Positions 57,812 to 64,000 of a stretch of 64,000 bases of DNA are shown here, piece after piece; the first letter of the stretch is position 1, and each line of letters opens with the position of its first letter. The notes under the pieces are model-generated. The model was not told the origin of the DNA and ran no database searches. It saw only the letters and a program-made list of their open reading frames with translations. Source of the stretch: Candidatus Binatia bacterium (lineage in GTDB: Bacteria > Desulfobacterota > Binatia > Bin18); assembly GCA_963664395.2 (NCBI GenBank), contig OY761159.2, forward strand, positions 4,672,001 through 4,736,000, read 5' to 3'. A program made the position numbers and the translations under genes.

Positions 57812-59092
57812 TTAGCGTCCGGGGAAGCGCGCGCGCAGCCAGTCCACAATCACTTTCATCGTCGCGTCGCGTCCGCCGCGGTCGGGCTTTGACGCGAGCG
57901 GAAAACCAAAGTGATCGGCGTCCACATGCGCAATGTGTTTGTCGTCAGCCGGCGATTGTCGATAGACGGCTTCTGACTCCTGCGGGTAAATGGCGTGATC
58001 TCCGGTGTGATTCACGACCAGAGTCGGCAGGCTGAGGTGGGCCATATTGTCGAGCACAGCCGCTCGCGACGCCTGGCCCGACCAGGTGCTGAGCCAGGCG
58101 CGCGGCGTTTGGTATTTGGCAAAACCGGCTTCAAGATAGTTAAACAGATCCGGCCGTGGAGACCAGAGTGAGCCATAGTCCCGCGCTGACGGGTGAATCG
58201 AAGGGTCGGTATAGGCAAGATTCGCCTCCGTGCGGTGAATCTCCATATAGCGCCCGACGAGAGCCCGCCGACTGAGGAAATTTCTCTGCTCAAGCGGCTG
58301 GTCGTCAAAGTCCGGCTGTCGAATCTGCTCTTGAAAATAGCGTTGCTCGTCCACATGGCGACGGGCGATAGCGTCAATGCGCTTCACCCGCTGCAACTGA
58401 GCGGCCCGGTAGCGTTCGATGAATTCGGCGCTATACGAGCTGGACTGTGGCGGCTCACAAAAGCCATTGGCCGGATGATACATATCCAGACTTGGATCAT
58501 AGGAGAGGGGGTCGTCCTCGTCTGTAATAGATGGATCGATTGCGCCTTCCAGAAATTTCCCTTCCCCAAGATGGGCCGCCAGAAAGACCATCCCGTCTGC
58601 GCCTGGCAGTTGAAATCGATTCAGATCGTACGGATCGCCTGCCGGAGTCGTTGTCAGCCGGTCCGGTGGTGCGGTCGCGGCTTGGGCCAGATAAAAGGCA
58701 TATAGGGAGCCGCCGCCACTATTGCCGATCAGCACGATGTGCTCAAAACCCCGCTCTTCTCTGAGGTAACGCAGGCTGGTGGCGACATCCAGCAACAGCA
58801 TTTCGTGGATACAAGCAATATCGTTGCCGGGCCAACGGCCTTCCTGACCAAACGCGGCATAACCGCCGTCAAGCAGATAGGGAATGGCATAGTGGCGGCT
58901 CATGTCGGCCCGCGGGTGCATCAAGCACACAGCCGTTTTCTCTCCACCCTGTGTGTACAGGACGCCTTTTGATTCACCCCGGTCTTCCGCGGTGAACGGA
59001 ATAATCTCATAGTTCGTGTGTGACGGAAGCGCGTCAAATGAAATCAGACTGAGACCCTGGGCCGAATAGCGCGGGATGCGGGCGAGTGCCAT
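57812..59092 (-). CDS. Alpha/beta-hydrolase fold protein
   Basis: Nucleophile elbow GNSGGG, TGD, ADH; AGGAGG before ATG 59092. Confidence 0.82.
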   Translation of the reverse strand: MALARIPRYSAQGLSLISFDALPSHTNYEIIPFTAEDRGESKGVLYTQGGEKTAVCLMHPRADMSRHYAIPYLLDGGYAAFGQEGRWPGNDIACIHEMLLLDVATSLRYLREERGFEHIVLIGNSGGGSLYAFYLAQAATAPPDRLTTTPAGDPYDLNRFQLPGADGMVFLAAHLGEGKFLEGAIDPSITDEDDPLSYDPSLDMYHPANGFCEPPQSSSYSAEFIERYRAAQLQRVKRIDAIARRHVDEQRYFQEQIRQPDFDDQPLEQRNFLSRRALVGRYMEIHRTEANLAYTDPSIHPSARDYGSLWSPRPDLFNYLEAGFAKYQTPRAWLSTWSGQASRAAVLDNMAHLSLPTLVVNHTGDHAIYPQESEAVYRQSPADDKHIAHVDADHFGFPLASKPDRGGRDATMKVIVDWLRARFPGR

Positions 59093-59248
59093 AGGCGATC
59101 CTCCTTTCTCACACAGCCTCATGAGACATAGAAGACCCCTCTCCACTTGTCAAAACATAGGGTATCGCCTTGCCCTGACTCGCCCTGACTCGCCCTTGCA
59201 CCCCTGCCCTTTTCCTAGCAGTATAAGGTGAGAGGAAGAGAGGCTTGT

Positions 59249-60076
59249 ATGACTACACGCGAACGTTTCACCGCCCTTATCTCAGGACCTGAAGCAGACC
59301 TGGACCTCGCCGAAGCCGCTCTCCTGATTGCGCAAGAAGAACAGCCGGAACTCAACGTTGCCCACTACCTGAAGCGTCTCGACCAACTCGCAGACGCGGT
59401 ACGCGCCAAGCTGCCCGAGTCACCCACCCCCCAGGACAGTATTAAAGCCCTCAACACCCAACTCTTTTTTGAGGAGGGCCTAAGAGGTAATGCCGGCGAA
59501 TATTATGACCCGCGCAACAGCTTTCTGAATGAGGTGTTGGAACGCAAGAGCGGTATCCCTATCACCTTATCCGTTCTGTATATGGAGGTTGGCCGTCGCC
59601 TGGGTCTTTCTTTGGCTGGAGTTGGATTTCCGGGCCATTTCCTGGTCAAGTATGTCGGCCCGGATGAAGAGCACATTCTCGATCCATTTGCCGGCGGGGC
59701 AGCGCTGACCGAAGAGCAGCTCGCCGCAAAGCTCAAGAGCATGTATGGGGACAATAATCCCTTTGTGGCTCAAATCCCTCAGTTGCTTACCCCGGCAACG
59801 AAAAAAGAAATCCTCATCCGGATGCTGCGCAACTTAAAAGGCGTCTATCTGCAAAAGGGCGATTTTGAACGTGCCCTAAGCATTATTGATCGGATTCTTT
59901 TGCTGGCGCCGGATTTTGCCATGGAGGTCCGCGACCGCGGAGCCGTTCAGCAACGCTTAGGGCGTATGCAGGGTGCCGTCCGCGACTTCAAGAAATATCT
60001 GGAGCTGGCACCCAAGGCTGAGGATGCGGCAAACATACGCGCCCTTATTCAGCGCTCGGTCGCCCAATTGAATTAG
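59249..60076 (+). CDS. SirB1/transglutaminase-like + TPR protein
   Basis: YYDPRNSFLNEVL, GIPITL, GFPGHFL, RMLRNLK, RDRG. Confidence 0.92.
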   Translation: MTTRERFTALISGPEADLDLAEAALLIAQEEQPELNVAHYLKRLDQLADAVRAKLPESPTPQDSIKALNTQLFFEEGLRGNAGEYYDPRNSFLNEVLERKSGIPITLSVLYMEVGRRLGLSLAGVGFPGHFLVKYVGPDEEHILDPFAGGAALTEEQLAAKLKSMYGDNNPFVAQIPQLLTPATKKEILIRMLRNLKGVYLQKGDFERALSIIDRILLLAPDFAMEVRDRGAVQQRLGRMQGAVRDFKKYLELAPKAEDAANIRALIQRSVAQLN

Positions 60077-60083
60077 TGCCACA

Positions 60084-60512
60084 ATGGCCAAGCCCATTCG
60101 GCCTATGCGCGTCTCAGCCGGTCTCTTGACCCGCTCTACCCGGCTTCTTATTTGTCAGCGTCGAATAGGTGACCTGCACGCCCTGAAATGGGAATTTCCT
60201 GGAGGCAAAGTCAAAGCCAGCGAAGATGAGGCGGACTGTCTGCGGCGTGAGTTAGAAGAAGAGTTGGGGATTCAGGCCACAGTGAGAGAAGAGCTCCACC
60301 GTACCGCGTATACCTACCCGAATGGCCGGAGTGTGGCGCTGACCTTTTTCCATGTTCCCGCCTACCACGGCACTCTGGTCAACAAGGTGTTTGAGACCCT
60401 GGCCTGGGTGGAGCCGCCGCAGCTCGGTCAATACGACTTTCTTGAGGGTGATGTTGCCTTTGTCACCAACCTCGCGCGGGGTCAGTGGGGCCATATTTTC
60501 TCCACCGGCTGA
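60084..60512 (+). CDS. NUDIX (d)NTP pyrophosphohydrolase, MutT/NudG-like
   Basis: WEFPGGKV...CLRRELEEELG. Confidence 0.9.
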   Translation: MAKPIRPMRVSAGLLTRSTRLLICQRRIGDLHALKWEFPGGKVKASEDEADCLRRELEEELGIQATVREELHRTAYTYPNGRSVALTFFHVPAYHGTLVNKVFETLAWVEPPQLGQYDFLEGDVAFVTNLARGQWGHIFSTG

Positions 60513-60549
60513 GACGCCGTATTGCACCATCTCGGCACAGCCCCCCGTC

Positions 60550-61596
60550 TCACACCTTGAACCGAAAATGGACGACATCGCCATCCTGCATGGCGTACTC
60601 TTTGCCTTCGAGCCGCATTTTTCCGGCGTCCCGACAGCCGGCCTCTCCGCCGTGTTCAATATAGGCATCGTAGGCGATGACCTCAGCCCGAATAAAGCCC
60701 CGTTCGATATCCGAGTGGATTTTTCCAGCGGCTCTGAGCGCGGGCAGGCCACGTTCTATCGTCCAGGCCCGGGCTTCCATAGGACCGGCAGTAAAAAAGC
60801 TCATCAGATTCAGCATACGATACGCATACTGGATGAACCGGTCCCGTGCGGATTCCGTAACACCCAGGTCGGCCAGGAAGAGGCCCCGTTCGTCTTCTTC
60901 CAGTTCTGCGATTTCCATCTCCACCTTGCCACAGATAGGCACAACGGTGAGCCCCTGTTCCTCAATGTAAGCCGCGACTTCCTGCGGCACTACGGCGAGC
61001 ATCTCATCTTCTTCCCGGTTGTAGACAATCAGCAGAGGTTTTTGACTCAGAAAGGCAAAACCCGACAGGAGCATTTCTTCTTCAGGCAGGAATGCCTCGT
61101 TCCGCAAAGGTTGCTCTGCTTCCAGCACGGCCTGGCATTTCTCCAGCAACTCCTGTTCGCGCTCCTTGCCCTTTTCCTTGCGCAGGCGTTCCAGGCGTTT
61201 CTCGATCACCTCCATGTCGGCCAAGATCAATTCGGACTGAAAGTCACGTAAATCTCGGAGAGGATCAGTCGGTACAGTCGCCATGGGGTCGTCAAACCCG
61301 CGGACCACTTGCGTCAAAGCTTCGACTTCGCGCATCTGAGTCAGTGAACGGGTATCAAGCGCGGCCTTACGTTCTGCTGAAGGCGGAAAGTCGAGAAACG
61401 TCACTTCCGCATATTTTTTCCGGTCCGGCTGAACGATCTCGGCCAGGGCATCAACCCGCGAGTCAGGAACTTTGACCACAGCAATCGCAGCGTCGCGTTT
61501 GGTTTCAAAGCTGCCGACCTCGGCGCTCATGCCGGTCAGGGCGTTAAAGATGGTTGTTTTTCCCGAACGAGCAAATCCAACTAAGCCTACTTTCAT
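60550..61596 (-). CDS. ychF: Obg-family ATPase YchF
   Basis: GKTTIFNALT, VPDSRVD, FFTAG, AGKIHSD..RGFIRAE, EGKEY..QDGDVVHFRF. Confidence 0.93.
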   Translation of the reverse strand: MKVGLVGFARSGKTTIFNALTGMSAEVGSFETKRDAAIAVVKVPDSRVDALAEIVQPDRKKYAEVTFLDFPPSAERKAALDTRSLTQMREVEALTQVVRGFDDPMATVPTDPLRDLRDFQSELILADMEVIEKRLERLRKEKGKEREQELLEKCQAVLEAEQPLRNEAFLPEEEMLLSGFAFLSQKPLLIVYNREEDEMLAVVPQEVAAYIEEQGLTVVPICGKVEMEIAELEEDERGLFLADLGVTESARDRFIQYAYRMLNLMSFFTAGPMEARAWTIERGLPALRAAGKIHSDIERGFIRAEVIAYDAYIEHGGEAGCRDAGKMRLEGKEYAMQDGDVVHFRFKV

Positions 61597-61646
61597 AGGC
61601 CGGAGTCTAGCAGGTTAGGCACAATCGATCATCCGGCCCGGCAGCG

Positions 61647-62729
61647 CTAGCGACGAAATTCTTGAATGGACGTGGCTGGCCGACCGTCTTTGAGGGCAAT
61701 CTGGCGGGTGACGGAGCGAGTCATGGCGCCGAACGTCGGTATCCAACATGAGTGGCGACCCGGACCACCGACGACGATAATCATGAGCCGTTCCGGCTTG
61801 CGAATCAGCGGGATTGCGTCTTCGTCAGAAAAGGCATCATCCGGGGTAAACCCCATACCGATCATGCCACCCGCCTCCCATTGTGCGCGAGGCACGCGGG
61901 CGTGCTCAAAGACATAGGCGCGAATGTCGTCCTTTGAGATTCCGTCTCGGGCAAGAACCTCAGCGTGCTCCGGTCCAAGCGCGAGAATCGGTTCACCAAA
62001 CGCGTAGGCATTGTTCGACCCCATACCAGCCATGGTGCTGGCAATGGTCGTCAGAATCCCAGGCGCGGCACTACTGATATGGTCGTTGATATTATGCGGC
62101 CCTTCCGCTCCACACACCGTGACCGTGCTGGTCTCGGCTGTAAAGCCGCGTTCGACATGCAGCGGTCCCCAGGGATTTTCCTCCTCGTTTTCGGCAACGC
62201 AATAGCTGTACTTTGAGGGTTGACCCTGGGTTGAGCGGTCCAGCATGCCCGGCGTTCCCCCGCCGATATTCAGCAAGGCTAAACGAATCGCGCGGCCGAT
62301 TGTGGCGTTTGGCCGCCAGCCTTGGCCAAAGGCGTTGTAGCGCGAGTTGACGCCGATCTCAGCCGCAATCGGGCCGTTGAGAATCAGCAGCGGCGCGCAG
62401 GGGTGGGTTGTGCTCTGGACCCCGTACAGATTGAACGGTCCTTCAAGCAGCGCCTCGACCGCGGCAATAATGACCGGGAAGTATTCGGGCACACAGCCGG
62501 CCATGACCGCGTTCACGGCTAATTTTTCAAGTGTAGCAATGCCGTACTTTGGCGGTATCGGTCCCAGTTCGTCTTGGGGAGCGCGGTCGGTCCAGGCCAG
62601 CATCTTTTCCACCCGCTCTGGTATGGGTGGAATAATCGGCAAGCCATCCGTCCAGCCTTGGTCGTAAAACCAGTCGTTGACGGTTTCGATAGAATCGTCC
62701 AGGGAGATTTTGTCTGATTGGAAATCCAT
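61647..62729 (-). CDS. Uncharacterised conserved protein (partner of UGSC proteins)
   Basis: GWTDGLPIIPP, AVNAVMAGC.P, NATIGRA, AENEE, VVGGPG.HS. Confidence 0.8.
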   Translation of the reverse strand: MDFQSDKISLDDSIETVNDWFYDQGWTDGLPIIPPIPERVEKMLAWTDRAPQDELGPIPPKYGIATLEKLAVNAVMAGCVPEYFPVIIAAVEALLEGPFNLYGVQSTTHPCAPLLILNGPIAAEIGVNSRYNAFGQGWRPNATIGRAIRLALLNIGGGTPGMLDRSTQGQPSKYSYCVAENEEENPWGPLHVERGFTAETSTVTVCGAEGPHNINDHISSAAPGILTTIASTMAGMGSNNAYAFGEPILALGPEHAEVLARDGISKDDIRAYVFEHARVPRAQWEAGGMIGMGFTPDDAFSDEDAIPLIRKPERLMIIVVGGPGRHSCWIPTFGAMTRSVTRQIALKDGRPATSIQEFRR

Positions 62730-62739
62730 TACGCTACTA

Positions 62740-62778
62740 CTCCCTCTCCCCTCAGGGGAGAGGGCTGGGGTGAGGGGG
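62740..62778. repeat. REP-like palindrome
   Basis: ccctctcccc-tca-ggggagaggg hairpin followed by ggggtgaggggg. Confidence 0.75.
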
Positions 62779-62782
62779 CTGA

Positions 62783-63382
62783 TTACGCCGACACCCGCTC
62801 GATCTTTTTCTCCATCGGCTTGAGAAATCGGTCCCGATAGGCGGCGGCCAACTGCTCCGCGGGCTGGGTCAAAATGGCTAGAATTTCATCCACTACCGCC
62901 GCGGCCTTGGCTTGCACTATCTGCGGCGTATTGCCGGCCAGGGGATGGGGAATCGCGGCAATGGGCACACCGCCCATACCCAAGGTGCGGGACTCGGCCC
63001 GGCCGAGCGGCGCAAACTCGTCGCTGCAAATGATGGCGGTCGGAATGCCCTGCTTTTCAAATTCAATGGTGTCGTGGAGACCCCACGACGTGCACGAGCC
63101 TCAATCGCCTATGGCTTCGACAATCACGTCACAGCTTGACAGGCGTGCCCTCACCTCTTGGGGTACGCCGAGTGAAGCATTCTTCTCCCCCTTGATAACC
63201 CTAAAATCTCCGCAGCGTTCGTGCAGCAGCGCTTCCACCTGTTCGAGCAGCAGGCCCGCATTTGCCTTGCGGTTATTCAGAAAGCCGATTGTTTTTCCGT
63301 GCAGGCTACCCTCTCGTCGGGCAAGCGAAAACTCACCGGCTTGCGATTCTCCAATCGGACTGAGGACTTCAATCTGTCCCAT
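62783..63382 (-). CDS. UGSC-family selenoprotein (in-frame UGA at 63103-63101 read as Sec)
   Basis: ORFs 63101-63388 and 62783-62983 are one frame: ..AIGD-U-GSCTSWGLHD..EKQGIP..PHP; GGAGG + ATG 63382; 200 codons. Confidence 0.88.
63071..63089 (-). promoter_or_regulatory. Bacterial SECIS-like hairpin
   Basis: GUCGUGG-GGUCU-CCACGAC starting 11 nt 3' of the UGA. Confidence 0.75.
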
Positions 63383-63484
63383 ACGCACCTCCCTTGCCCT
63401 TCGCTATATAGTCCAACCCTCTTGCCCGTGCAATGGAACGCCGGTTACAGTTTCCGCCACCAAGAATGAAGTGGATGAATCCTT

Positions 63485-64000
63485 ATGGCGAATGTCAAAA
63501 TCCCGGTGTATTACGATTATGCCTCTTCCCTCAGCTATATTGCCAAGCGGGTGATGGAACAGATCGACGGTCAGCTCGCAATCGATCTGTTGTGGAAAGG
63601 CGTCCACATCGCCCGCCGACACAAGGGCTGGAAAAATGGGGAAGTGATTGGAGATGACGCCAAAGGCAAGATTGTTCGTATCTCGCGCGAAACCGGCGTC
63701 CCGCTGCGCATCCCGGCAAAATGGCTGGACTCGACCTACGCCTTAGAAGCTGCCGAATTCGCCAAAGACCGCAAGCTGTTTGCCGCCTATCACGAAGCGG
63801 TTTTTGCGGCCGCGTTTGAGGCAGAGCAGGATATTGGCGACCTGTTTACCGTGCTTGGAGTGGCCGAACAGGTTGGCTTACCCGTAGCGGCATTAGAGCA
63901 GTCCTTACAGTCCGGGGAGCTGACCAAGCGGGTCCAAGAGACCGAGCAAGAGGCCGCCACTTTTGGCGTGGTCGGCTACCCCACCTTTATGCTCGGCGAG
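63485..64000 (+). CDS. DsbA/FrnE (HCCA isomerase-like) thioredoxin-fold protein, partial
   Basis: [38 protein letters not shown]; open to the window end. Confidence 0.8.
   Translation, partial: MANVKIPVYYDYASSLSYIAKRVMEQIDGQLAIDLLWKGVHIARRHKGWKNGEVIGDDAKGKIVRISRETGVPLRIPAKWLDSTYALEAAEFAKDRKLFAAYHEAVFAAAFEAEQDIGDLFTVLGVAEQVGLPVAALEQSLQSGELTKRVQETEQEAATFGVVGYPTFMLGE

Overview
GC-rich bacterial chromosome segment. The tmRNA tag, the many CoA-transferases and the eukaryote-like surface proteins suggest a Binatia/'deltaproteobacterium'-like, possibly host-associated organism (inference only). From left to right: (1) a Ser/Thr phospho-signalling operon (vWA, Zn-ribbon-FHA, pseudokinase-PP2C fusion, transmembrane kinase, membrane FHA); (2) cytochrome c', a dihaem cytochrome with a contracted CxCH motif, MlaD and a CoA-transferase III pair; (3) a ~14 kb defence/TA hotspot ending at the tmRNA 3' end, with Phd-VapC, an ABC-ATPase/TOPRIM-like pair, a type I RM system carrying an ImmA/PIN insert and a broken hsdS, a second truncated Phd copy, HigBA, and a decayed 1.5 kb tmRNA islet with integrase scraps and a TA pair; (4) housekeeping genes (ssrA, smpB, panBC with a pan RNA motif, nagZ, mtnA, holA), an unannotated structured RNA with a 14-codon ORF, and an SdhABE-like oxidoreductase with an altered active site; (5) a ~12.5 kb array of large secreted modular proteins (LRR; kexin-like S8 protease with a separately encoded putative propeptide) that share a tandem C-terminal domain and are punctuated by a repeated non-coding element, the best candidate for an undescribed cassette-shuffling/surface-display system; (6) further housekeeping/metabolic genes and a UGA-recoded UGSC selenoprotein with a SECIS-like hairpin. 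Several frameshifts may be sequencing artefacts. All calls are by motif reading; no searches were run.
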